Of a DNA stretch of 29,136 nt, positions 18,364-27,662 are shown piece after piece; the first letter of the stretch is position 1, and each line of letters begins with the position of its first letter. A model generated the notes under the pieces. It did no database searches. It saw only the letters and a program-made list of their open reading frames with translations, and had not been told where the DNA came from. The translations under genes and the position numbers were made by a program. This DNA comes from Thainema sp. (lineage in GTDB: Bacteria > Cyanobacteriota > Cyanobacteriia > Phormidesmidales > Phormidesmidaceae), in the NCBI GenBank assembly GCA_052168235.1, contig JBQLZK010000075.1:1-29136 (forward strand). Reading direction: 5' to 3'.

Positions 18364-19038
18364 ATGGTTAAGCACATTCGGCATGCGTGGGTTCAATCGC
18401 TCCAGCAGCAACCCGCGATCGCAGTTATTCGGGCAGAGTCTTTTCAAACTGGATGCAGCATGGCTCAAGCGGTTGCGGCGGGCGGACTGCGCCAGATTGA
18501 AATTACCTGGAACAGCGATCAGGCGGCGCTGCTGATTGAGGAACTGCGGCTGCGGTTGCCCCACTGTCAGATTGGCGCTGGCACACTGCTGACGGTGGAA
18601 GATGTAGAAACTGCGATCGCAGCCGGGGCGCAATTTTTGTTTTCGCCTCATACGCAACCGAAGCTGATTGAAACGGCGGTTGCTCAATCGATCCCAGTTA
18701 TTCCCGGAGCCTTATCACCGACAGAAATTGTGACAGCTTGGCAGGCGGGCGCAACCTGCGTCAAGGTCTTTCCCGTGCAGTCAATGGGCGGCGCGGCATA
18801 TATTCGCAACCTACAAGGCCCGCTAGGGCAGATTCCGCTGATCCCCACAGGTGGCGTGACCTTTGATAATTTGGCAGATCTGTTGCAGGCAGGTGCGATC
18901 GCGGTCGGCTTGTCGAGCAGCTTATTTCCCAAAGCCGCCCTCCAGCAGCAGGATTGGGCACAAATCACCGACCGAACTCAAGCCCTTGTGCGGCAGCTAC
19001 AACCCTTTACGTCCACTGCATCTTGTGTGCAAGGATAG
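18364..19038 (+). CDS. eda: KDPG/KHG aldolase
   Basis: IAVIRA, IEIT, IGAGTLL, GAQFLFSPH, PGALSPTEI, VKVFP and PTGGV. Confidence 0.93.
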   Translation: MVKHIRHAWVQSLQQQPAIAVIRAESFQTGCSMAQAVAAGGLRQIEITWNSDQAALLIEELRLRLPHCQIGAGTLLTVEDVETAIAAGAQFLFSPHTQPKLIETAVAQSIPVIPGALSPTEIVTAWQAGATCVKVFPVQSMGGAAYIRNLQGPLGQIPLIPTGGVTFDNLADLLQAGAIAVGLSSSLFPKAALQQQDWAQITDRTQALVRQLQPFTSTASCVQG

Positions 19039-19473
19039 ATCTCTGGTACCAGTTCTATAAATTCGCGCTATGGATGAGTTGAGCACTGAGTGCAAGAAAC
19101 GCCTTGCTCCTCTCGCCTCACACCTTACTTTTTGAGTGCTGAAGAAGTAGCTGCTATTTAAGGAAATGACATGATGCCTGATTGCAGAATAGAAATCGGT
19201 AAAAGGGTACATTTCACTTGATCCCAAGGCAGGGTTATTCTGAAATTTGTGATCTGGTGAACGATGAGAATGCTGAAAATTCTGTCATACTGCCTGCGAT
19301 CGCAAATTATAGCCATCGCCACTTTGGTTGAGACATTTACGAACTCCAACGTTTAACCGTTGGAACGCTTTCAGAGTCTTCCAACGTTCTGACCACTGAA
19401 GAACAGCTCACCGGCTCTAAACACGATTGATATTGGTACAGCGATTTAAGCGATATTTTAGGGAGATTGACTT

Positions 19474-19941
19474 ATGTTTTGGCGTCGTCAAGCACCTGAA
19501 CCCAGTAGTTCTCAAACCTATCTCAGTGCCGAAAGCGAATTTCAGGGCAGCATCAACACGGGAGGAGATCTCCGCGTAGACGGCATTATCCACGGCAACG
19601 TATCCGTCGAAGGCAATATGGAAGTGTCTGAAACTGGCCTAGTGGAAGGCACAGAGCTTCATGCTAGAAATCTAACTATTCACGGCGTCGTCAAAGCTCG
19701 CATCATTGTGCAACAGCGACTGACTCTCAGCAAAACGGCCCGACTCCAGGGCGATGTCAACGCTAATTCGCTCAATATCGAACCCGGTGCATACTACGTC
19801 GGCTACATCACGACAACGGATAACAAAGCGCTGCCCGGTACGCCGGAACTGCAAAACTTTGCGCCCGAACCGCAAGAGTATATGACCGAGTCACCACCCT
19901 TCCACATTGACGAACCCAGAGCTAACGGCTACGCAAATTAG
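19474..19941 (+). CDS. Bactofilin (polymer-forming cytoskeletal protein)
   Basis: TYLSAESEFQGSI...LRVDG...VEG...I.G.V...LQGDV...LNIEPGAYYVG beta-helix pattern; GGAG ribosome-binding site. Confidence 0.9.
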   Translation: MFWRRQAPEPSSSQTYLSAESEFQGSINTGGDLRVDGIIHGNVSVEGNMEVSETGLVEGTELHARNLTIHGVVKARIIVQQRLTLSKTARLQGDVNANSLNIEPGAYYVGYITTTDNKALPGTPELQNFAPEPQEYMTESPPFHIDEPRANGYAN

Positions 19942-19945
19942 TCAC

Positions 19946-19972
19946 GTAAGGGCGAATGGCATTCGCCCCTAC
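19946..19972. repeat. GTAG-type REP-like palindrome
   Basis: GTAAGGGCGAAT-GGC-ATTCGCCCCTAC. Confidence 0.7.
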
Positions 19973-20041
19973 AGTTGGCGAATCGATTAAAGTCATGCTC
20001 CTAAGGATTGCGAATTAAATAGCCTGTAAACCGTTCCATCC

Positions 20042-20070
20042 GTAGGGACACGGCAATGCCGTGTCCCTAC
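20042..20070. repeat. GTAG-type REP-like palindrome
   Basis: GTAGGGACACGGC-AAT-GCCGTGTCCCTAC, perfect 13-bp arms. Confidence 0.78.
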
Positions 20071-20203
20071 CCCAAAGATTGCACCTTATTAAATCCGCGT
20101 TGCTAAGCGTTCTAATCGCTATTCGTCAATCAAGCAGCCGTCGCGCTTAATTCATTGATAAGCTGAGAGGGTAATTTTTTCGCACTCTCACAACTTAGGC
20201 GGT

Positions 20204-21295
20204 ATGGGCAATACATTCGGTCATCTGTTTCGGATTACAACCTTCGGGGAATCCCACGGGGGCGGAGTCGGCGTGGTGATTGATGGCTGCCCACCACAGC
20301 TTGAAATTTCAGAAGCTGAAGTTCAGTTTGAGCTGGATCGGCGGCGACCGGGGCAGAGCAAGATCACGACGCCCCGCAAAGAAACCGACACCTGTGAAAT
20401 TATTTCCGGCGTGTTTCAAGGCAAAACGCTCGGTACGCCCATTTCCATCTTGGTGCGCAACAAGGACACCCGCCCCCAGGACTACAGCGAAATGGCCACC
20501 ACCTATCGCCCGTCCCATGCCGATGCCACCTACGATGCCAAGTACGGCATTCGCAATTACCAAGGTGGTGGACGCTCCTCGGCACGGGAAACCATTGGTC
20601 GCGTCGCCGCAGGTGCGATCGCAAAAAAAATCCTCAAGCAGGTCGCCGGAGTGGAAATCGTCGGCTACGTCAAGCGCATCAAAGATATAGAAGGACTGGT
20701 TGATCCCGATACGGTCACGCTGGAGCAGGTGGAAAGCAACATCGTCCGCTGTCCCGACGCTGACTGTGCGGAGCGGATGATTGACCTGATTGACCAAATT
20801 CGGCGTCAGGGCGACTCCATTGGCGGCGTCGTGGAATGCGTGGCGCGCCGCGTACCCACAGGCTTAGGCAGTCCTGTCTTTGACAAGTTGGAAGCAGACT
20901 TGGCGAAAGGCGTCATGTCGTTACCGGCCAGCAAAGGCTTTGAAATTGGTTCCGGCTTTGCAGGCACCTTGATGACGGGCAGCGAACATAACGACGAGTT
21001 TTACCTCGATGAGCAGGGCCAAATTCGTACCCGCACGAACCGCTCCGGCGGCGTGCAGGGCGGCATTGCCAACGGTGAAAACATCATCATTCGCGTTGCC
21101 TTCAAGCCCACAGCCACCATCATGAAAGAGCAGAACACCGTCACTAGTGAGAAAGAAGAGACGACGCTAGCTGCCCGTGGACGCCATGATCCTTGCGTGC
21201 TACCCCGCGCGGTGCCAATGGTTGAAGCGATGATGGCGCTGGTGCTGTGCGACCATCTGCTGCGCCATCAGGGGCAATGTTCGGTCTTCAGCTAA
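20204..21295 (+). CDS. aroC: Chorismate synthase
   Basis: [32 protein letters not shown] and GRHDPCV. Confidence 0.98.
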   Translation: MGNTFGHLFRITTFGESHGGGVGVVIDGCPPQLEISEAEVQFELDRRRPGQSKITTPRKETDTCEIISGVFQGKTLGTPISILVRNKDTRPQDYSEMATTYRPSHADATYDAKYGIRNYQGGGRSSARETIGRVAAGAIAKKILKQVAGVEIVGYVKRIKDIEGLVDPDTVTLEQVESNIVRCPDADCAERMIDLIDQIRRQGDSIGGVVECVARRVPTGLGSPVFDKLEADLAKGVMSLPASKGFEIGSGFAGTLMTGSEHNDEFYLDEQGQIRTRTNRSGGVQGGIANGENIIIRVAFKPTATIMKEQNTVTSEKEETTLAARGRHDPCVLPRAVPMVEAMMALVLCDHLLRHQGQCSVFS

Positions 21296-21324
21296 TTTTT
21301 TTGTAAAAAGCGGGCTACGCATTC

Positions 21325-21430
21325 TTTTCCCTCTCCCTAAATCCCTCATCCCAGGCTTGGGAGAGGGACTTTGAAGGTTTGGCTCCCCTGCTCCCGTTTT
21401 GGGAATAGGGGATGGGGGAAGAGGGCAAAA
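21325..21430. repeat. Structured G/C-run dispersed repeat (outer stem plus two inner hairpins)
   Basis: Outer TTTTCCCTCTCCC / GGGGAAGAGGGCAAAA; inner TCCCTCATCCCA..TGGGAGAGGGA and TCCCCTGCTCCC..GGGAATAGGGGA. Confidence 0.6.
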
Positions 21431-21446
21431 CTCAGCATTACAGAAC

Positions 21447-21479
21447 AAGGATGTCTGCTAATCAGTGGGCATCCTTTTT
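21447..21479 (+). terminator. Rho-independent terminator downstream of aroC
   Basis: AAGGATGTCTGCT-AATC-AGTGGGCATCC followed by T5. Confidence 0.65.
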
Positions 21480-21758
21480 GCTGAGCGGGGTACGACAAAT
21501 ACTAAAAAAATTGCAACGCTGACTCAAAATGTATGATCCCCAACTGCGATCGCACTTAATCGGGCATATCGTGGCAACGGTGAAAAATCGGATCAATCTA
21601 GATTGAATTTTCTGAAGCTTAAAATCTCCAATCGCTTGATTTACTTAAGCCAGGAACCTCCCACACCCAAGGTAGTCCTGTGTTAAGAACAATGAAGAGA
21701 CACCGAAAATTAGTGTTCTCTTAATTATCTATGTGTGAGTGTGACGGAGGAACTGACC

Positions 21759-21926
21759 ATGAATGAACCATCAACCCGCTTGCTGCGAGACGCCGTAATT
21801 GCGATCGCGCTTCTAGTTGCTGCCCTATCCGTTGAGCATCTCGCCAACGCCGTTAATGCACCAGATCAAGTCCCGGCTCAGCCTACCCAATCAGCACCCC
21901 AGCCAGAACCAATGACAAGCTCCTAG
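21759..21926 (+). CDS. Small hypothetical membrane or secreted protein (55 aa)
   Basis: GGAGG 8 nt before ATG 21759; hydrophobic AVIAIALLVAALSV followed by a P/Q-rich tail. Confidence 0.55.
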   Translation: MNEPSTRLLRDAVIAIALLVAALSVEHLANAVNAPDQVPAQPTQSAPQPEPMTSS

Positions 21927-22126
21927 CCAGGAACTACCATCAACTATCAACTAACTCCCTTGAGTAATGGAGAGCAACGGAGCAGGGGCATTTTTTCTGA
22001 ATCAGCAGTTTATCTGTGCCGTGATCAACTAATCGGCACCCAAATTTCTTCTCAATTCCGCCCACCGTTGCCCAAACTTGGTAGCTTAGTAGATGGCGCA
22101 TTTCAGACAGCTGAGGAAATAATACT

Positions 22127-23587
22127 GTGTCTGTTCGAGTTCGTATTGCACCGAGTCCAACCGGAAATCTACACATTGGCACAGCCCGGACGGCTGTGTT
22201 TAACTGGCTGTTTGCGCGGCATCACGGCGGTCAATTTATCCTGCGCATTGAGGATACCGACGAGTCGCGATCGCGCCCAGAGTTTACCCAAAATATTTTG
22301 GATGGCCTCCAGTGGCTAGGGCTGAACTGGGATGAAGGCCCGTTTTACCAAACGCAGCGGCTAGACCTCTACAGTCAGGCGATTCAAACCCTGCTGGATA
22401 AGGGGTTAGCCTATCGAGCCTATGACACACCTGAAGAACTAGAGGCGATGCGGGAAGCCCAAAAAGCCAAGAACCAGGCTCCCCGCTACGATAACCGTCA
22501 CCGGAATCTAACTCCAGAGCAGCAGGCGGAGTTTGAAGCTGAGGGCCGGGAAGCGGTGATTCGCTTCCAGATTGACGACGATCGCGAGATTGTCTGGAAC
22601 GACCTAGTACGCGGTCAAATGACCTGGAAGGGTTCTGACCTGGGTGGCGACATGGTGGTTGCCCGTGCGGCCTCTGGCGGCAAAATTGGTCAGCCGCTCT
22701 ACAACCTGGCGGTGGTGGTGGATGACATCGATATGACGATCACCCACGTGATTCGGGGGGAAGACCATATCGCCAATACCGCTAAGCAGATTCTGCTTTA
22801 TGAAGCTTTAGGCGGAAATGTTCCAGAATTTGCCCATACGCCGCTGATCTTGAATCAATCTGGCCAAAAACTCTCGAAGCGGGACGGGGTAACGTCGATT
22901 TCTGACTTTCGGCAGATGGGTTTCACTGCCGAGGCATTAGCGAACTACATGACCCTACTGGGCTGGTCGCCACCGGATTCCACTCAGGAGCGGTTTACCC
23001 TTGACCAAGCGGCAGAGCAGTTCAGCTTTAACCGAGTCAACAAAGCAGGGGCCAAGTTCGACTGGGACAAGCTGGACTGGCTCAACAGCCAATACCTGCA
23101 CGAACGGTCGGCTCAGGAAACCCTGGAGTTAGTGGCTCCCTACTGGCAAGAAGCAGGTTATGAGTTTGATCTAGAGCGCGATCGCAGTTGGCTGGAACCC
23201 CTAGCGGTGATGATCGCGCCCAGTCTGACTCGTTTACCGGATGCCGTGGAACTCGGTAAGTTTTACTTCACTGAGCAAACTGGATTCAGTGAAAAGGCAA
23301 CCGAGCAGCTTCGGCAAGAGGGGGCTGACAACGTTGTGCAGGGAGTTCTAGATGCGATCGCAGGTGGTGCCGCTCTGCAAACCAACGATGATGCCCAGGC
23401 CATCATCAAACAGGTCGTTAAAGACCTAGACGTGAAGAAAGGTCTGGTGATGCGGACGCTGCGGGCAGCCTTCATGGGCGACATGCAGGGGCCGGATCTG
23501 GTTGAATCTTGGCTAATTCTGCATCAGCGAGGCTTTGATCAGCCACGCTTGAAGGCCGCGCTAGCTGAGGCTCAATCAGTAGCCTAA
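22127..23587 (+). CDS. gltX: Glutamate--tRNA ligase
   Basis: [13 protein letters not shown] (HIGH), [16 protein letters not shown] and KLSKR (KMSKS); GTG start. Confidence 0.98.
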   Translation: MSVRVRIAPSPTGNLHIGTARTAVFNWLFARHHGGQFILRIEDTDESRSRPEFTQNILDGLQWLGLNWDEGPFYQTQRLDLYSQAIQTLLDKGLAYRAYDTPEELEAMREAQKAKNQAPRYDNRHRNLTPEQQAEFEAEGREAVIRFQIDDDREIVWNDLVRGQMTWKGSDLGGDMVVARAASGGKIGQPLYNLAVVVDDIDMTITHVIRGEDHIANTAKQILLYEALGGNVPEFAHTPLILNQSGQKLSKRDGVTSISDFRQMGFTAEALANYMTLLGWSPPDSTQERFTLDQAAEQFSFNRVNKAGAKFDWDKLDWLNSQYLHERSAQETLELVAPYWQEAGYEFDLERDRSWLEPLAVMIAPSLTRLPDAVELGKFYFTEQTGFSEKATEQLRQEGADNVVQGVLDAIAGGAALQTNDDAQAIIKQVVKDLDVKKGLVMRTLRAAFMGDMQGPDLVESWLILHQRGFDQPRLKAALAEAQSVA

Positions 23588-23603
23588 TTCAAATTCATTT
23601 CCC

Positions 23604-23675
23604 GTAGGGGCAAAGCATTCTGCCAAAAATCTATAGGCATTTTCTCAAGATGTTTACAGAATGCTTCGCCCCTAC
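23604..23675. repeat. GTAG-type REP-like inverted pair with 34-nt spacer
   Basis: GTAGGGGCAAAGCATTCTG / CAGAATGCTTCGCCCCTAC (18/19). Confidence 0.75.
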
Positions 23676-23853
23676 AGGGGAATCGGGTTTTAGAAATCGC
23701 ATTGCTTTGAAGCGAGCGGTATCAACATGGAACTTTTTACCTGGCTCTTCCGTCCCGGTAATCGCTGGCAGTAACAGACCCAGTTCAGATTTTCCAATAG
23801 AATGCTTTCAGACTAGGATCTGTTGCGTTTACTGAGAGTAGTGAGTGATTGGT

Positions 23854-24366
23854 ATGGCTGGTTCACGTTTCAAAATTGGACTATCAGCAATAAGTGCAAT
23901 AAGTGCGATCGCACTTATTGGTTCAAGCAGTGGTTTCTCTACTCCTGCCGCTGCTCAGCAACTCCAGCAAACCAACACCATCTTTGAAAGCGTCAGCCTC
24001 TCCCCTGGCTTTAACCGTGATCCGCTCACTGTGCGCGGGATCAGTGGTGGCTCGCTGACCGCAGCCGATTTAGCCGAGCGCTCTGAGACACCAACTGGCC
24101 CCTGCGTCGGGTTTGTGGATGAAGAACCTGACCACACGATGGAGCTTGGCGATTTCTTCGACTACCTCAGCTTGGAGGTTGAGAGTACAGAAGACACGAC
24201 GCTGATTGTGCGTGGTCCCGGCGGCACCTGGTGCAACGATGACTTTAACCGCACCAATCCCGGCATCGCAGGTCAATGGCTCTCCGGCACCTACCAAATT
24301 TGGGTCGGCTCCTACCGCGATGAAGGCTACTACCCCTACGTCATCCGCATCAGCGAAACGCCCTAG
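23854..24366 (+). CDS. Secreted hypothetical protein, pre-peptidase C-terminal-like beta domain
   Basis: Signal peptide ending AAA|Q; CVGFV...PDH, DTTLIVRGPGGTWCNDD...NP and GTYQIWVGSY. Confidence 0.7.
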   Translation: MAGSRFKIGLSAISAISAIALIGSSSGFSTPAAAQQLQQTNTIFESVSLSPGFNRDPLTVRGISGGSLTAADLAERSETPTGPCVGFVDEEPDHTMELGDFFDYLSLEVESTEDTTLIVRGPGGTWCNDDFNRTNPGIAGQWLSGTYQIWVGSYRDEGYYPYVIRISETP

Positions 24367-24411
24367 TGGTTCGCCAACGTCGTTAGGGTAGACCCACAAA
24401 ACTATTTCCAT

Positions 24412-24459
24412 CAGAATCCTGATGTTTGAGCCGTGTGGCTAACATCAGGATTTTGTTTT
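24412..24459 (+). terminator. Rho-independent terminator
   Basis: CAGAATCCTGATGTT...AACATCAGGATTTTG followed by a T-run. Confidence 0.7.
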
Positions 24460-24680
24460 GTTGCCCAATTTTGTACGCAGTGACCTAAATCTCTGTCTAA
24501 CGCCCACAGCAAAGCTCCTACTCTCCCCTGCCCTTCTGCCTCTAATTCCTTCGCTCCCTATCCCCTGAGCCGTCATTCACTCCGACCGACTCGGTAAACT
24601 AGATAAAGAACGAGCTAAATCGATTGCAGCGCTGAATTTATGGAAATGTAGAAGCCAGTTGCTCGGTTTATGAGCATTAC

Positions 24681-24698
24681 GTTAAATTTAGTTAAGAT
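24681..24698 (+). promoter_or_regulatory. Candidate HLR1 (RpaB) direct repeat upstream of ftsH2
   Basis: GTTAAATT-TA-GTTAAGAT; resembles the (G/T)TTACA(T/A)(T/A)-N2 repeat. Confidence 0.4.
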
Positions 24699-24888
24699 AG
24701 ATTCTAATGATTCAATTTAATTCACCCCGATTTGATATCTGGGTGAGCAGATTGGAGATATAGAACACCTTAATGAGAAGGGTTTAGAACTTGCTTATGA
24801 TTGCGGGCGATCTAACTATGGATTCGCTAGCGGTGTTAAACATAACAAGTTAAATGTTTGTATTTGTTGATTCAGAGGCCACCCCGCT

Positions 24889-26775
24889 ATGAAATTTTCT
24901 TGGAGAGTTGCGCTGCTCTGGGCGTTACCGATCCTGGTCATTGGGTTCTTCCTATGGCAAGGCACATTTTCCGGAACAGCGGCCAATATGGGTCGAAACG
25001 CAGCCAACAGCCGCATGACCTACGGTCGATTCTTGGATTACTTGGATGCTGGTCGGGTTACGAGCGTTGACCTATACGACGGTGGACGCACCGCCATCAT
25101 CGAAGCAGCCGATCCAGAGATTGGCAATCGAGTCCAGCAGTTCCGTGTTGATCTACCCGGCAATGCACCAGAGTTGGTATCTCGCCTAAGAGATTCTCAG
25201 ATTAATTTAGATTCCCATCCTCCGCGCAATGATGGCGCAATTTGGGGACTACTGGGCAATCTGATTTTCCCGATCCTGTTGATTGGGGGTCTGTTCTTCT
25301 TATTCCGTCGCTCCAGCAATGTACCGGGTGGACCTGGACAGGCGATGAACTTTGGTAAGTCCCGCGCTCGTTTCCAGATGGAAGCAAAGACCGGCGTAAT
25401 GTTTGATGACGTAGCTGGCATTGAAGAAGCGAAGGAAGAGCTACAGGAAGTTGTTACCTTCTTGAAGAAGCCTGAGCGCTTTACAGCAGTCGGTGCCCGC
25501 ATTCCCAAGGGTGTGCTGCTGGTTGGCCCTCCTGGAACGGGTAAGACCCTACTGGCAAAAGCGATCGCAGGTGAAGCTGGAGTTCCCTTCTTCAGCATCT
25601 CCGGTTCTGAATTTGTGGAAATGTTTGTCGGTGTGGGTGCGTCCCGCGTCCGCGACCTGTTCCGCAAAGCTAAGGAAAATGCGCCCTGTATCATCTTTAT
25701 CGATGAGATTGACGCAGTTGGTCGTCAGCGGGGTGCAGGCATCGGTGGCGGCAACGACGAGCGGGAACAAACGCTCAACCAGTTGCTGACCGAGATGGAC
25801 GGCTTTGAAGGCAATACCGGTATTATCATCATCGCCGCCACCAACCGCCCCGACGTACTAGACCAAGCACTCCTCCGTCCCGGTCGTTTCGACCGTCAGG
25901 TCACTGTGGATGCGCCCGACATCAAGGGTCGCCTCGAAGTTCTGGAAGTTCACGCTCGCAACAAGCGCCTATCTGACGAAGTGTCCCTAGAAGCGATCGC
26001 ACGTCGGACTCCAGGCTTCACGGGTGCTGATTTAGCGAACCTGCTAAATGAGGCCGCTATCCTGACGGCGCGTCGTCGTAAAGACGGCATCACCATGCTT
26101 GAAATCGACGATGCGGTCGATCGCGTCATCGCCGGTATGGAAGGAACACCGCTGGTTGATAGCAAGAGCAAGCGCCTGATCGCCTATCATGAGCTGGGCC
26201 ACGCCATTATTGGCACCGTAGTAAAGGATCACGATCCGGTACAAAAAGTGACGCTGATTCCTCGTGGTCAAGCTCGCGGTTTAACCTGGTTTACGCCGAA
26301 TGAAGAGCAAAGCTTGATTTCACGGGCTCAGCTGATGGCCCGGATTACCGGAGCACTGGGCGGACGCGCCGCTGAAGATGTCATCTTTGGCGATGCTGAA
26401 GTCACAACTGGCGCAGGCAATGACCTCCAGCAAGTTACCAGCATGGCGCGTCAGATGGTGACTCGCTTCGGGATGTCGGACTTGGGGCCACTGTCTCTAG
26501 AAAGCCAGCAAGGCGAAGTCTTCTTAGGTCGCGACTTGATGACCCGTTCCGAGTACTCGGATGAAATTGCGGCCCGGATCGATGCTCAAGTTCGCTCTAT
26601 CGTGGAGCACTGCTACGAAGAAGCTAAGCGGATTGTCCGGGAAAACCGCGTCGTGATGGATCGTTTAGCCGATTTGCTAATCGAGAAAGAAACCATCGAC
26701 GGCGAAGAGTTCCGCCAGATTGTGGCTGAGTACACTGAGGTCCCTGATAAGGATCAGTTCGTACCTGTTCTCTAA
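24889..26775 (+). CDS. ftsH2: ATP-dependent zinc metalloprotease FtsH (FtsH2 type)
   Basis: Two TM helices; [12 protein letters not shown]-domain, Walker A GPPGTGKT, Walker [21 protein letters not shown] and the HELGH zinc motif. Confidence 0.93.
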   Translation: MKFSWRVALLWALPILVIGFFLWQGTFSGTAANMGRNAANSRMTYGRFLDYLDAGRVTSVDLYDGGRTAIIEAADPEIGNRVQQFRVDLPGNAPELVSRLRDSQINLDSHPPRNDGAIWGLLGNLIFPILLIGGLFFLFRRSSNVPGGPGQAMNFGKSRARFQMEAKTGVMFDDVAGIEEAKEELQEVVTFLKKPERFTAVGARIPKGVLLVGPPGTGKTLLAKAIAGEAGVPFFSISGSEFVEMFVGVGASRVRDLFRKAKENAPCIIFIDEIDAVGRQRGAGIGGGNDEREQTLNQLLTEMDGFEGNTGIIIIAATNRPDVLDQALLRPGRFDRQVTVDAPDIKGRLEVLEVHARNKRLSDEVSLEAIARRTPGFTGADLANLLNEAAILTARRRKDGITMLEIDDAVDRVIAGMEGTPLVDSKSKRLIAYHELGHAIIGTVVKDHDPVQKVTLIPRGQARGLTWFTPNEEQSLISRAQLMARITGALGGRAAEDVIFGDAEVTTGAGNDLQQVTSMARQMVTRFGMSDLGPLSLESQQGEVFLGRDLMTRSEYSDEIAARIDAQVRSIVEHCYEEAKRIVRENRVVMDRLADLLIEKETIDGEEFRQIVAEYTEVPDKDQFVPVL

Positions 26776-26808
26776 GGAAGCGTTGCTGAACGGCTTCTAG
26801 TCCCAAAT

Positions 26809-26848
26809 AAAGACCCAGAGTTCTTCGTAATAAGGATTCTGGGTCTTT
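26809..26848 (+). terminator. Terminator after ftsH
   Basis: AAAGACCCAGAGTTCTT / AAGGATTCTGGGTCTTT. Confidence 0.7.
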
Positions 26849-26925
26849 GCTATTTCTCACCACCCTAAAATATCGAGCAAATGCTCCGCCCGACCTAAGA
26901 GCATAAGAGTGAGCTAAAATACTTT

Positions 26926-26945
26926 TATACAGACCTGTCTACATA
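26926..26945. promoter_or_regulatory. Candidate autoregulatory TetR operator
   Basis: TATacAGAC-CT-GTCTacATA imperfect palindrome about 25 bp upstream of the TetR ATG. Confidence 0.45.
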
Positions 26946-26968
26946 AGTTGATCAACGTATTATTTCAA

Positions 26969-27562
26969 ATGGCTCGTACCCAATCCTCTCGCTCGTCTGC
27001 CCGCGATCGCATTTTAAATGCCGCTTCTGAACTGTTTTATCGGGAAGGGGTGCAAAACGTTGGCATTGACCGGATCATTGCCGAGTCGGGCGTCGCCAAA
27101 ATGTCGCTTTACAACCACTTCAAATCGAAAGATGCATTGATTGCAGCTTGGCTGCAAGAACGGGATGAGACGTGGCGCACATGGTTTCAAACCACGGTTG
27201 AGCGGTTGGCGACGGAACCTTGCGATCGCATTTTGGCCGTATTCGATGCGCTGCATGAATGGTTTGACCAACCGGATTTTCGTGGCTGTGCGTTTATTAA
27301 TTCGACAGTGGAATTAGCTGACCCTAATCATCCGGGCTATCAGGTTTGCTTGGAGCATCAGCGAGCCATTCAGGATTATCTATATGATTTGGTCAAGGCC
27401 GCCAATTTAGCCAAGCCAGAAACGCTGACTCAGCAGTTGCTCATCTTGGTAGAGGGCGCAATCGTGGTGGCCATGATGCAACGCGATGTCGAGGCGGCAA
27501 TACGGGCCAAAAACGTAGCGGCAATTTTAGTTGAACAGCATCAGACGCAGGGGCGAGTTTAG
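26969..27562 (+). CDS. TetR/AcrR family transcriptional regulator
   Basis: RILNAASELFYREGVQNVGIDRIIAESGVAKMSLYNHFKSKD and C-domain FRGCAFIN; ATG 26969. Confidence 0.94.
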   Translation: MARTQSSRSSARDRILNAASELFYREGVQNVGIDRIIAESGVAKMSLYNHFKSKDALIAAWLQERDETWRTWFQTTVERLATEPCDRILAVFDALHEWFDQPDFRGCAFINSTVELADPNHPGYQVCLEHQRAIQDYLYDLVKAANLAKPETLTQQLLILVEGAIVVAMMQRDVEAAIRAKNVAAILVEQHQTQGRV

Positions 27563-27612
27563 CTGATAGGTTCAGCTTAGACCGATACGTCGATTTCAAA
27601 ACCCGCCCTTAC
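27547..27612. repeat. Degenerate GTAG-type REP-like inverted pair overlapping the TetR 3' end
   Basis: GCAGGGGCGAGTTT / AAACCCGCCCTTAC (11/14). Confidence 0.55.
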
Positions 27613-27662
27613 AGGCAACGGACAATGTTCCGCAAACCGTCCCGAATTGGATTTCGATAGTC

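Noticed and set aside
19100..19135. CCTCACAC resembling the Yfr1 sRNA motif
   Set aside because: Does not match ACTCCTCACAC; fits the CGCCTCA/TGAGGCG heptamer repeat also seen at about 40-54
5557..26863. Many alternative-frame or antisense ORFs inside ChaN, CCB, dapL, msrP, eda, aroC, gltX and ftsH
   Set aside because: They overlap well-supported genes and show no recognisable motifs or ribosome-binding sites
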